This document shows positions 1 through 8,668 of a stretch of 38,626 bases of DNA, piece after piece. Source of the stretch: an uncultured bacterium (lineage in GTDB: Bacteria > Cyanobacteriota > Vampirovibrionia > Gastranaerophilales > Gastranaerophilaceae); contig CACYCU010000023.1 of the NCBI GenBank assembly GCA_902772945.1, positions 1 to 38,626 of the forward strand. The letters are read 5' to 3'. How positions within the stretch are numbered: the stretch's first letter is position 1; every line of letters starts with the position of its first letter. A model generated the notes under the pieces. That model was not told the origin of the DNA and did no database searches. It was given only the letters and a program-made list of their open reading frames with translations. A program made the translations under genes and the position numbers.

Positions 1-87
1 AAAATCACTTCAAGAAAAGTGGTATGGCTCTATTATAAGTAATCTGATAAAAGCAAATATATTCTTTAAGCCGCAAATCGGATTTAA
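1..87. repeat. 87-bp direct terminal repeat, left copy (circular overlap)
   Basis: 1-87 is identical to 38540-38626 (AAAATCACTTCAAG...ATCGGATTTAA), and a reading frame runs through the join. Confidence 0.97.
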
Positions 88-1105
88 GCAGCTTATCTCA
101 TTTATGAACTATGGCAAAGGTGATGAGTATGTTTCTGCTGCCGAATGGTGGGCAAAGTTCATGAAACAAACTCTCACACCTTCTCAATGGAAAAAGAATA
201 TTGAGTTCATGATGGAGAATGATTATTTAAAAGATAGGTTCAGCAGAGGCGGTTCAATGGATGCGCTCAAAAAAGAACTCGATACAAGATATTTTTCAAA
301 GATGAGTTTATTAGATGAATTTTGGGGATTGCCTGTTGCGGTTGGTGATATTAGTGCAATCATTTTGGGCGGCAAACCTTATATTGATGTACTGATGGAA
401 AAAGGATACACCAAAGAGCAAGCATTCAGAATATTTATTGAAACAACAGTCAATGACCAACAATCAAGCATACCATCAACATTGTCAAATATGCAAAGGA
501 ACGCAGCGCAAAGTCCTCTTGCAAAGATGGCTTTTGCTTATCAAAATACACCTTGGCAATATTACAGACAATGCACATCTGCAATCATGAAAGCTGTTCA
601 ATCAGGGAAAAAACCTGATATACAAAGAGCCGCAAAAATGACATTGCTTTATGGTTGGTTATTCCCTGCAATGTTTAATATGGCATCATCATTGTCATTG
701 TTGACAGCCATGGGCGGTGGTGATGATGACGATTTAAAATCCGATATAAATCCGTTAAGAACAATAACATCCGTATTGACTCAACATCCTATCCTTGGGC
801 AGTGGATAAACGGCATATTGAATGCGGCTGATGGCAAAGCATTCAACTCTCAAGATTTGTTGAGTAAACATATTAGCAATGTCAACAAGCTAATCCGACA
901 CTTTAAAAAGGGTGAAGTTACATTGCAAGATTTATGGAACTCGATTGCCGCTTTTGGAGAAAGCACAACAGGAACTCCATTGAGTTCAATGGGTAATGCT
1001 GCATCAGGTGTTTATGATGTTATTCAGGGCGATGTTGTAAAAGGCGCATTAAAGGTTCTTGGTTATACGGATTATAGAGCAAAGAAAGTTACAGGCGAAG
1101 AATAA
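2..1105 (+). CDS. C-terminal part of the giant internal virion/polyvalent protein (continues from 29538)
   Basis: The frame is open from position 2 (KSLQEKWYGSIISNLIK...) into track ORF 104..1105 and matches the frame of the 29538 ORF across the overlap. It has hydrophobic, Gly-rich segments typical of podovirus ejection-protein C-termini. Confidence 0.9.
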   Translation, partial: KSLQEKWYGSIISNLIKANIFFKPQIGFKQLISFMNYGKGDEYVSAAEWWAKFMKQTLTPSQWKKNIEFMMENDYLKDRFSRGGSMDALKKELDTRYFSKMSLLDEFWGLPVAVGDISAIILGGKPYIDVLMEKGYTKEQAFRIFIETTVNDQQSSIPSTLSNMQRNAAQSPLAKMAFAYQNTPWQYYRQCTSAIMKAVQSGKKPDIQRAAKMTLLYGWLFPAMFNMASSLSLLTAMGGGDDDDLKSDINPLRTITSVLTQHPILGQWINGILNAADGKAFNSQDLLSKHISNVNKLIRHFKKGEVTLQDLWNSIAAFGESTTGTPLSSMGNAASGVYDVIQGDVVKGALKVLGYTDYRAKKVTGEE

Positions 1106-1117
1106 GGAGAAATAAAA

Positions 1118-2263
1118 ATGATACCACAACAAATACCTGTCAAAAATCATTGGGGGAACAATTCAACCACAGTATTTGATTTTGACTTCTATATCGAGAA
1201 CGAAGAGCAAATCTCGGTTACACATACTGACCTTGAGGGGAATATTACAAATCCTGTTCTTGGAGTTGATTATTCAGTCAATCAAGTAGGTAACACAAAC
1301 GGCAGCAATATAACATTTCCGATTGAAGGCTCAACATATTCAGTCCTTGGTTGGGATACAAGTACAGACCAAAAAGAATTATTGACAATATCTTTAGATA
1401 TCCCGATTGAGCAGCCTGCCGAATACTCTATGAGCGGAGATTTGAGCAAAAAAAATCTTGAATATTCTTTTGATTATCTGACAAGAATATGTCAAATAAT
1501 TTATAGAATGCTAAAAAATACAATGAAAATTCCTGAAGGTTCAAGCATATCAAATTTAATTCTGCCGCAACCGAAAGCAAATAATGTTTTTAAGTGGAAA
1601 GATGACGGAACAGGCATTGAAAATTATGACATTATAGGCAGTGAAAATTCTTTTAAAAGTGAAGTCAATACAAGTCTTGCAACCATCTCAAGCGAAGTAC
1701 AATCTGCAATAGTTAGTTTTGAAAGTGAAATTGATACAAAAATAGATAATTTTGAAAGTGAAATTGATACAAAAATAGCACAACAAGATACAGACATATC
1801 GGATATTACAACGAGTGTAAACAGTTCATTGACAATCGCTCAATCTGCTTTGGATACCGCAACAACCGCAAACACAAATTCAGCACAAGCATTATTAAAC
1901 GCAGGAACGGCATTAACAAATTCTCAATCTGCAATGACATCAGCAACCTCTGCATTAGAAAATGCATCTATTGCGGTTGACACAGCAAATGATGCGGCAT
2001 CTGATGCCGATAGCGCATTGACAATCGCAAATGCTGCTGATGAGAAAGTTGATGAGTTTGGTGAAAGTATTGACACAGTTATTGAGGCTGCTGATAAAGT
2101 CAATGAGTTGGAGTCAGCAGTGGAAGAGGCAAAGACGGCAGCAACAACCGCATCAACCGCTGCAACCAATGCAACTGATGCAGCTAATGCAGCAATAGCT
2201 GCTCTTGCTAATATTACCGAATACACAGCACAAGAAGTTGAAACACTTTGGGGGGGTATCTAA
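1118..2263 (+). CDS. Tail fibre protein with a T7 gp17-like N-terminal anchor and an Ala/Thr-rich coiled coil
   Basis: RBS AAGGAG. N-terminus GNNSTTVFDFDFYI...LGVDYSV resembles podovirus fibre adaptor domains. It lies directly after the largest ejection protein. Confidence 0.75.
   Translation: MIPQQIPVKNHWGNNSTTVFDFDFYIENEEQISVTHTDLEGNITNPVLGVDYSVNQVGNTNGSNITFPIEGSTYSVLGWDTSTDQKELLTISLDIPIEQPAEYSMSGDLSKKNLEYSFDYLTRICQIIYRMLKNTMKIPEGSSISNLILPQPKANNVFKWKDDGTGIENYDIIGSENSFKSEVNTSLATISSEVQSAIVSFESEIDTKIDNFESEIDTKIAQQDTDISDITTSVNSSLTIAQSALDTATTANTNSAQALLNAGTALTNSQSAMTSATSALENASIAVDTANDAASDADSALTIANAADEKVDEFGESIDTVIEAADKVNELESAVEEAKTAATTASTAATNATDAANAAIAALANITEYTAQEVETLWGGI
1718..1778 (+). repeat. 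In-frame tandem duplication with 33-nt period (FESEIDTKI x2)
   Basis: TTTGAAAGTGAAATTGATACAAAAATAG at 1718-1745 and 1751-1778. Confidence 0.9.
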
Positions 2264-3141
2264 TGACAGTTATACAAGTTGATAGCAATAACAAGGCAAT
2301 AATGCTTAATAATAAGGCTCTTGAAGGTCAAGACAACACAAAATACGGCATCAGTCTTAATGAACTTCTTGGCGAAGTTGATGCTAATGGTGTTCTACCG
2401 CTACCAACAGGCGGTGATACAGACCTTGTTATAACGGGGTTTACGGGTGTAGGTGCTTTTGTTTTTTCTTATAAATTTTATAGGAACAACAAATTAAAGT
2501 CTGTTACTTTTAGAGATTTAACAAATGCAAATAATTCATCTTGTTTTGATAGAGCTTTTAATTACTGTGCGAACTTAGAAACAGTTTCATTTCCTGCACT
2601 TGTATATGCAAATGGAGCAACAGTTTTATCGTATTGTTTCAATTCTTGCACTAGTTTAAAAAGTGCATCATTCCCATTATTAGAAGAAATAAAAGGTACT
2701 ACCGGTTTTCAGTATGTTTTTTCTGCTTGCACTAATTTTGAGAGTGTATCATTCCCGAAGTTAAAAATAATAGGAAATGATGCTGCCACAACAGGCACGA
2801 CATATAGACAATTCTATTACGCTTTTCAAAACTGTACAAACCTAACAGAGCTATCATTCCCTGAACTTGAGGAAATATGGTGCAACGGTACGGCTGCTAA
2901 TACAGGCACTTTTGGCTATAACACATACATTCAGAAAATCTATATGCCTAAATTAAAAACAATATCCAAGACTTCTGCTTATACAAGCACTCTTGGTGCG
3001 GATAATATATTTTACGAATGTACAGCATTAACAGAATTACATTTCGGAGCAGCTAACCAAGCAGCTATACAAGCGACAACAGGCTATGCGACCGCTTGGG
3101 GTAGAGGTGCAGGAAACGTAACTATTTACTTTGATTTATAA
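2263..3141 (+). CDS. BspA-like leucine-rich repeat (LRR_5-type) protein, probable receptor-binding or tail accessory protein
   Basis: Repeats of type AFxxCxxLxxVSFPxLxxI. The likely ATG at 2263 overlaps the upstream stop (TAATG). Confidence 0.8.
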   Translation: MTVIQVDSNNKAIMLNNKALEGQDNTKYGISLNELLGEVDANGVLPLPTGGDTDLVITGFTGVGAFVFSYKFYRNNKLKSVTFRDLTNANNSSCFDRAFNYCANLETVSFPALVYANGATVLSYCFNSCTSLKSASFPLLEEIKGTTGFQYVFSACTNFESVSFPKLKIIGNDAATTGTTYRQFYYAFQNCTNLTELSFPELEEIWCNGTAANTGTFGYNTYIQKIYMPKLKTISKTSAYTSTLGADNIFYECTALTELHFGAANQAAIQATTGYATAWGRGAGNVTIYFDL

Positions 3142-3152
3142 GGAGAACAAAA

Positions 3153-3323
3153 ATGAAAACAACACAATTAACAATGATTGAAGCAGATGAGGGCAAAGTT
3201 CTTGTAAAAGACGGAACTTATAGCAAATCTGTTTTATTGAGAAAAGGTGAAACCGCAGACGGTTGGGAAGAAATTACCGAAGAAGAATATAACGAAATTA
3301 TGATTGAGGAGAATGAAGAATGA
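3153..3323 (+). CDS. Small acidic protein, 56 aa (MKTTQLTMIEADEGKVLVKDGTYSKSVLL...WEEITEEEY...); not in the ORF track
   Basis: AAGGAG RBS before ATG 3153, and an ATGA overlap with the next gene. Confidence 0.85.
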   Translation: MKTTQLTMIEADEGKVLVKDGTYSKSVLLRKGETADGWEEITEEEYNEIMIEENEE

Positions 3324-4066
3324 AGGCATTAACAACGGCAGGCTTAACCAAGCTAATACAACTAATAAAAAGTAATTTTATATCAAATACTGATACGGTA
3401 ACGACAAACACAGTAACGCTTGCCAATGTAGCAACAAGTGGGAGTTATAATGATTTAAGTAACAAACCTACAACTATTGATACAGCAGATACTTTGACAG
3501 GCTTAACGGCTAGTATTGCAGAATTGAACTATACAGACGGTGTAACATCTAACATACAGACACAACTTAACGGCAAAGCAGACACGGATTTAAGTAATTT
3601 ATCACAAACAGGGCAAGCGGTTATTGACGGCAAAGCAGATACGGATTTAACCAACTTAACATCAACCGCAAGCACAAACTTTGACGGTCAATGGGTTTCA
3701 ACTACAATAAATATGATTAGCAGTACAACTACAATCAATTCTGCAACAACTAAAGATTATTCTTTATCCAATGATTTGCCAAATGATAATTATGTTTATG
3801 AAGTTCTTTTCACTTGTTCAGGAAATACAGGCACATCATCAGGTAACACTGCGGAAATATCGGTAGGTTCTTCGCTATGTGATGTTGGCACTTATAGGGT
3901 AGCAAAAGCTACAACGAGGAGCAGTTCTGCTGTTGGTTGGTGCGGAGCTGGAATAATACCTATTGGCACAGACAGAACGATTAGCATAAGACAAATTGCT
4001 GGTTCAAGTTGTTCTTGTGATTTTTTCAGAATTAAAGCATATCGCAGAATAGGAACTAATCAATAG
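3320..4066 (+). CDS. Tail fibre / receptor-binding protein
   Basis: Motifs VATSGSYNDLSNKP, ELNYTDGVTSNIQTQLNGK and two GKADTDLxNL repeats (DNA repeats at 3570-3593 and 3627-3650), all typical of phage fibres. Beta-rich C-terminal domain. Confidence 0.75.
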   Translation: MKALTTAGLTKLIQLIKSNFISNTDTVTTNTVTLANVATSGSYNDLSNKPTTIDTADTLTGLTASIAELNYTDGVTSNIQTQLNGKADTDLSNLSQTGQAVIDGKADTDLTNLTSTASTNFDGQWVSTTINMISSTTTINSATTKDYSLSNDLPNDNYVYEVLFTCSGNTGTSSGNTAEISVGSSLCDVGTYRVAKATTRSSSAVGWCGAGIIPIGTDRTISIRQIAGSSCSCDFFRIKAYRRIGTNQ

Positions 4067-4074
4067 GAGGTTAT

Positions 4075-4563
4075 ATGTATTACTTTTTTATAGAAGATAA
4101 CAAAATAAACGGATGCGGACAGGCTCAATGCCTGACAGAAGGAATTACAAGCATTGAAGTATCAGAAGAAATATACAACGCATACAATGAAGATAAATTG
4201 CATTATATATGGAACGGAGAAGAAATCATTGAAAATCCGAATTATGAGCAAGATGTTCAGGCACGAGAAAGAGAAGAGATTGACCGCCTAACCTTAACAC
4301 CTTCCGATGTTGAAAGAGCATTGCTAAAAGCAAAAGGAATGGACTTTGAAGATTTGAAAGTATTTTTAAAATCAAAAGGATATACCGATGCTCAAATTAA
4401 AGCAATCGGGGTTGAATTAAGAGCGAACGATTTTTTCAGAGGCGCAACCCTCGGTGAGCCGCCTGTCAGAATAGTTGATGCTCTTGGCGCATTGCTCGGA
4501 TATTCTATTGAAGATATGGACTATTTATTTATTCACAAGGAATTGCCAACAAATGATAATTAG
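4075..4563 (+). CDS. Putative tail fibre assembly/chaperone protein
   Basis: AGGAGG RBS; follows the fibre gene; YIWNGEEIIENPNY motif. Confidence 0.5.
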   Translation: MYYFFIEDNKINGCGQAQCLTEGITSIEVSEEIYNAYNEDKLHYIWNGEEIIENPNYEQDVQAREREEIDRLTLTPSDVERALLKAKGMDFEDLKVFLKSKGYTDAQIKAIGVELRANDFFRGATLGEPPVRIVDALGALLGYSIEDMDYLFIHKELPTNDN

Positions 4564-4921
4564 TCCTGTTGATACAATTACTTTTGGAAATAAATCAATT
4601 CTAAAAAAAGAATTTAGAAAAGGGAGAATACCACTCAAAAAAGATATAACAGGGCAACCGCTTAAAAAAGGGGATGAAACGGTTGACCATACAATCCCAA
4701 AATCAAAAGGCGGTAAATCAAACTTATATAATTATTCTCTGATGAGTTCTGTTGCTAATAATAAGCGCAGCAATAAACCAATCAGAAATTTTATAGACCT
4801 TGAAAGTCTTATTGAATATATCAGAGTGATGCTCGATGTTAAGACTATGGATTTAGACGGAGTGGATTATTTGAGAGGATGGCTCAAAAACTTTTTAAAA
4901 GCATTAAGAGAAAATAAATAA
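4553..4921 (+). CDS. HNH endonuclease-like protein (likely start ATG 4553, MIISPVDTITFG...)
   Basis: TVDHTIPKSKGGKSNLYNY...ANNKRSNK is an HNH motif. The start overlaps the end of the upstream gene. Confidence 0.8.
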   Translation: MIISPVDTITFGNKSILKKEFRKGRIPLKKDITGQPLKKGDETVDHTIPKSKGGKSNLYNYSLMSSVANNKRSNKPIRNFIDLESLIEYIRVMLDVKTMDLDGVDYLRGWLKNFLKALRENK

Positions 4922-5040
4922 TAGCTATCAGAATGGCTATTAAGCCATGTTAAATTTTATTTGAATATAAACCCTCATAAAAAAAATTTAAGACATGTTC
5001 TCGCTCATTTTGAGCGGTGAAATTTGTTGAGGAAATAAAT

Positions 5041-5376
5041 ATGGTAAAGCTGAAAAATATTCTTTTGAAAATGGATGATTTTCGAGAGGAAAAACTTGAG
5101 GACTTTATTGCTGATAAAATCCTTGCAACACTTGACTCTTGTCAGAAGGTAGATGAACTTGAAAAGGCTGCAATCATTGCTGCACTCTCGGCAGGCAATG
5201 CTTATCTTGCAACTTATGGTGTGCCGATACTTCCTGAAGAGGTTAAGAAAAAAATTGCAGATGTTGCAACAAAAGGACTCGGCAAGGCTAATAAATTGAT
5301 GCAAAAACAATTAAAGAAAAAATCAAAGGCATATCTTAAAAGAAGGGGAAAGAGTGATGAATTTAGACAATCTTGA
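5041..5376 (+). CDS. Hypothetical helical protein with a basic C-terminus, first gene of the lysis region
   Basis: GAGGA RBS before ATG 5041, in frame with track ORF 5017..5376. Confidence 0.65.
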   Translation: MVKLKNILLKMDDFREEKLEDFIADKILATLDSCQKVDELEKAAIIAALSAGNAYLATYGVPILPEEVKKKIADVATKGLGKANKLMQKQLKKKSKAYLKRRGKSDEFRQS

Positions 5377-5905
5377 TACTTCAAAGACATACATCGGATT
5401 GCAATATGGCAACTCGCTTATTGCAAAAGAGATAAGACGATTTTCAAAAGACTATGCACCTGACTCAAAAGAAATACCAACTCATGTATGCGGTTTGGTT
5501 TTCCGTTACGGTGAATGGTGGATATTTGAAAGCCATGCAAACGGTGTAAAAAATATCCTGATACCATCAGGAGTGCGCCATTACAGAGCGCAAAATTGGG
5601 AAAAGGTTGAGGCAAAATGTGATAGCGAATATAAGTTTTTTGAGATGCCGCTTGATGAGAAAACTCTTGAAGAGTATATCGGTCAACCTTATAGCATCGG
5701 AGATATAGGCAGCTTATTAAGAGCAGCTATCTTAAACCGCAACGGCAAACAAAAAGACCGCAAAGGATTGATTTGCTCGGAATATATTGCGAATTGCTGC
5801 CCTGCCATAACTGAATATTTTAATCTGCCGACATTCTGCATCACACCTGCACACTTTCAAAAATATATTGATGATAACAATATCAAGGAAGTAGGCGCAA
5901 AATGA
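5357..5905 (+). CDS. Permuted papain-like (NlpC/P60 YiiX/YaeF-type) amidase
   Basis: His precedes Cys: PTHVCG...WIFESH...GV...IGQPY...LICSEYI...ITPAH. Confidence 0.75.
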   Translation: MNLDNLDTSKTYIGLQYGNSLIAKEIRRFSKDYAPDSKEIPTHVCGLVFRYGEWWIFESHANGVKNILIPSGVRHYRAQNWEKVEAKCDSEYKFFEMPLDEKTLEEYIGQPYSIGDIGSLLRAAILNRNGKQKDRKGLICSEYIANCCPAITEYFNLPTFCITPAHFQKYIDDNNIKEVGAK

Positions 5906-6222
5906 ATTGGATAATAGGAACACTTATATCTGCAATAGCATTGCTAATAACCGTTATCGCAAATATTGTTGCTATTACAAAATTTGCAACAACTCAAAAA
6001 GTATCATTGGATGCAATGAAGGAAAGTTTCAAAGAATTTAAAGAAGGTATCAATCATCAAATTGACCAAAATATGAAACATACCGAAGAACACATCAAAC
6101 GATTGGAAGAAAAACAGGACAAACACAACAATCTTATTGAACGTATGGCAATCGTTGAACAATCAGCAAAATCTGCTCATCATCGCCTCGATGAAATGAA
6201 AGGAGAGAAACATGGTAGATAA
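5902..6222 (+). CDS. Holin-like single-TM coiled-coil protein
   Basis: N-terminal hydrophobic helix; C-terminal LEEKQDKHNNLIERM...SAHHRLDE; directly upstream of the endolysin. Confidence 0.6.
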   Translation: MNWIIGTLISAIALLITVIANIVAITKFATTQKVSLDAMKESFKEFKEGINHQIDQNMKHTEEHIKRLEEKQDKHNNLIERMAIVEQSAKSAHHRLDEMKGEKHGR

Positions 6223-6643
6223 ATTATATTTCAGTATGACTGAATTATTACACTCTGATATTGCCGACAAATACAATATCAATAATATGCCAACCGATAA
6301 AAAACATTATGATAATATGCTTGATTTGATACATTATGTGCTGCAACCGACAAGGCTGCATTTTGGCAGGGTTGATGTCGCTTGTTACAGGTCTTATGCG
6401 TTGTGGAATAAATTAAAACAACTCGGCTTTAACCCTGCAAAAGACTCTCAACATCTCAAAGGGCAAGCGGTTGACATAACAGTTCCCTCACGCAATCTGA
6501 AAGATGTTTTTAAGTGGATGAAAGAAAATATTGAATATGACCAATTACTCTATGAATATGACTCAAAGGGCAACAAATGGATACATGTATCTTATAACAA
6601 GGGGAAAAACCGAAAGCAAGCAATCGACAACTACAAAGCATGA
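6212..6643 (+). CDS. Endolysin, peptidase M15A family
   Basis: YFSMTEL...SQHLKGQAVDI...YDQLLYEY...WIHVSY carries the Zn ligands H, D, H. Confidence 0.88.
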   Translation: MVDKLYFSMTELLHSDIADKYNINNMPTDKKHYDNMLDLIHYVLQPTRLHFGRVDVACYRSYALWNKLKQLGFNPAKDSQHLKGQAVDITVPSRNLKDVFKWMKENIEYDQLLYEYDSKGNKWIHVSYNKGKNRKQAIDNYKA

Positions 6644-6692
6644 AAACTCCTAATTATCCTTTTATCCTTCTAGTGCTATCGGCAACCTTGGG

Positions 6693-6718
6693 GAGTGCGC
6701 AAATTGCGCACTCTTTTT
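6693..6718 (+). terminator. Rho-independent terminator after the lysis cassette
   Basis: GAGTGCGCAA-A-TTGCGCACTC followed by TTTTT. Confidence 0.85.
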
Positions 6719-6920
6719 AATGCCTTGATTTTTAAAGCGGATTATAGTATAAAAAATTTTGTTATAACTGAATAAGAATAATATATAAAACACATGAAAT
6801 AATATGAGCAAACAGTTTATATTTTTCATGTGTTTTTTATTTTTAGTGGAGCAAAATTGGAGCAAATTTAAAAATGAGAATATAATTATATTATCGCTAA
6901 AACTTTATAAGTCAATATAC

Positions 6921-6953
6921 AAAAGAAAAGTTGCCATTAAATTTAACGGCAAC
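6921..6953 (-). terminator. Minus-strand intrinsic terminator inside the att region
   Basis: Minus strand reads GTTGCCGTTAAATTTAATGGCAAC followed by TTTTCTTTT. Confidence 0.6.
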
Positions 6954-7044
6954 ATTAAATAAACACGAGGATATTAAGTTTTCGTTTGGGAGTATTTTTG
7001 AAAATGCTTGAAAATGTTTAAACAACTAAAATGCTCAATAATAC

Positions 7045-7072
7045 TTGACATTTTCTGCATTATTGTTTTAAT
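7045..7072 (+). promoter_or_regulatory. Sigma70-type promoter for the integrase
   Basis: TTGACA (7045-7050), 16-nt spacer, TTTAAT (7067-7072), with an extended -10 TG at 7064-7065. Confidence 0.55.
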
Positions 7073-7132
7073 ATGTTTTCAGAATTATTCAGTATTTTTC
7101 AAAAAAAGTGGAGCAAAATTGGAGCAAATTTT

Positions 7133-8215
7133 GTGGTCAAGTATTCCAAAAGAGAAAACAAAAACGGCATCTCTTATCAGGCTGTAATAAGGATAAAAGG
7201 TTATAAAACTTTATGCAAAACCTTTAAGAAGAAATCGGCTGCACAAGTTTGGGCAGAGCCGATTGAGGCTCTTATGAAAGAGGGAAAATATATTGAAGAA
7301 AGTCCGATATCTGCTGCCAACATTCAAAAGGTTAATATCGAATATGTTTCTGAACTGATAAAACATTTCAGAGATAATGTTGCACCGACTCGCTATGCTG
7401 ATGCCCATAAATATAACTGCATGTTTGATTGGTGGATTGATAAAATCGGAAATCTGAAAGTTGTCAATCTAGCCGCATCAGACCTGTCGGCTTGCAAACA
7501 AATTCTCCTGACAGAAAAAACAGAAAACGGTCAGCCTCGTAAACCGAACACAATCAATAAATATCTCATGTGTTTATCAGCGGTTTTAACATACGCAAGA
7601 GATGAACTTGAACTCATTGAATACAACCCGATGTCTAAAGTCAAAACAGTTCCTAAACCTGACGGCAGAAAAAGATATTTGTCTATTGAAGAACTTGCAA
7701 AATATCTTGATGCTTGCAAAAAACATTCACTAATGATTTATGTTTTTGTTTTAATCGCACTTGGCACAGGCGGCAGATATTCAGAAGTACAGCATCTCAA
7801 AGTTGAAAATGTTGACTACCAAAATGAAAGAGTATATTATCTCGATACCAAAAATAAAACAAGCAGAGGAGTTCATGTTGAGCCGCAAACTCTTGAACTA
7901 TTAAAACAACTTTGCGCCGAGAACAATATTCAATCAGGTTATATTTTTAAAGGTAAACGAGGCTACTCGCTTGCTTTTATCAGAGGTGTATTATATCAAA
8001 TTATCAAAGATGTCGGACTTGATGATTTTACGGTTCATGATATGCGGCATACTTTTGCATCATACTCGGCAATGAATGGGGCAACTCTTCTTGATATTGC
8101 AGAATTGCTCGGGCAAAAATCCCTGTCAGTCACTCGCAGATATTCTCACCTGACTCAAAAACACACTGACTCTATTGTTAAAAAAGTCGTTAAAAAAATT
8201 ATTCCTGAAGTTTAA
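7133..8215 (+). CDS. int: Tyrosine integrase (likely start GTG 7133)
   Basis: Catalytic motifs TGGRYSE, DTKN, HDMRH, LLGQKS and RRYSH. GGAG lies 8 nt before GTG 7133; the track ATG at 7073 abuts the predicted -10 box. Confidence 0.93.
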   Translation: MVKYSKRENKNGISYQAVIRIKGYKTLCKTFKKKSAAQVWAEPIEALMKEGKYIEESPISAANIQKVNIEYVSELIKHFRDNVAPTRYADAHKYNCMFDWWIDKIGNLKVVNLAASDLSACKQILLTEKTENGQPRKPNTINKYLMCLSAVLTYARDELELIEYNPMSKVKTVPKPDGRKRYLSIEELAKYLDACKKHSLMIYVFVLIALGTGGRYSEVQHLKVENVDYQNERVYYLDTKNKTSRGVHVEPQTLELLKQLCAENNIQSGYIFKGKRGYSLAFIRGVLYQIIKDVGLDDFTVHDMRHTFASYSAMNGATLLDIAELLGQKSLSVTRRYSHLTQKHTDSIVKKVVKKIIPEV

Positions 8216-8219
8216 TTGT

Positions 8220-8450
8220 TTACCATTTTTTTATAGGATGCTGCACATAAAGTTCTTTATTTGCACTACTATTGTTGCATGTATGGATTATTTTAATAAG
8301 GTCAAGTATTGCTGTATTATACAACACACAGTCTGTTTCAATTATCAGTTTATCATTTCCACAATTCTCAATTTTTTTTTGCATTTCGCAAAGTTCATCA
8401 ATACTCTCTTGAGATATTAAGGCACTTAATTTATATTTAATTTCTGACAT
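8220..8450 (-). CDS. Hypothetical protein (last gene of the early operon)
   Basis: AAGGAG RBS; overlaps the upstream gene. Confidence 0.65.
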   Translation of the reverse strand: MSEIKYKLSALISQESIDELCEMQKKIENCGNDKLIIETDCVLYNTAILDLIKIIHTCNNSSANKELYVQHPIKKW

Positions 8451-8667
8451 TATTTGTGTTCTCCTTTATCATCTTTATAATTTCATCCAATCCTTTTGTA
8501 TTACAGTTGATGTAATCAGGTGTTTCCTTTATAAATTCTCTGCATATAGTTTGCCTTGTACTTTTAACTGTTGCATCGTGACCTGTACACCAACCTATAC
8601 CAAATACTGCAAGCCAAGTTAAAGGTATTATAAAAATCCAAAATACTTTACATTCATCATCACTCAT
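8437..8667 (-). CDS. Small membrane protein
   Basis: Hydrophobic stretch VFWIFIIPLTWLAVFGIGW; GAGG RBS before ATG 8667. Confidence 0.65.
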   Translation of the reverse strand: MSDDECKVFWIFIIPLTWLAVFGIGWCTGHDATVKSTRQTICREFIKETPDYINCNTKGLDEIIKMIKENTNNVRN

Positions 8668-8668
8668 C

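Larger units (their letters stand above)
6845..7131. other. Probable attP region with paired integrase arm-type sites
   Basis: AGTGGAGCAAAATTGGAGCAAATTT occurs at 6845-6869 and 7107-7131, each copy holding two TGGAGCAAA units, in non-coding DNA upstream of the integrase. Confidence 0.65.

Noticed and set aside
1..87. Terminal repeat as a biological DTR
   Set aside because: It falls mid-gene and preserves the frame, which is better explained as assembler overlap on a circular or permuted genome.
104..1105. Stand-alone 333-aa gene as listed in the track
   Set aside because: There is no RBS and the frame is open upstream through the circular join; it is the end of the giant protein.
1118..4921. 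Diversity-generating retroelement, expected given the BPP-1-like head genes
   Set aside because: No reverse transcriptase ORF, and no adenine-mismatched template/variable repeat pair was seen. The fibre repeats are short in-frame duplications.
6644..7132. tRNA/tmRNA fragment as att core, and ORF 6662-6865
   Set aside because: No T-arm or acceptor-stem signature is recognisable. The ORF is low-complexity, lacks an RBS and crosses a terminator.
8104..8121. Inactive integrase because LGH is replaced by LGQ
   Set aside because: This position varies among tyrosine recombinases, and R, K, HxxR and Y are intact.
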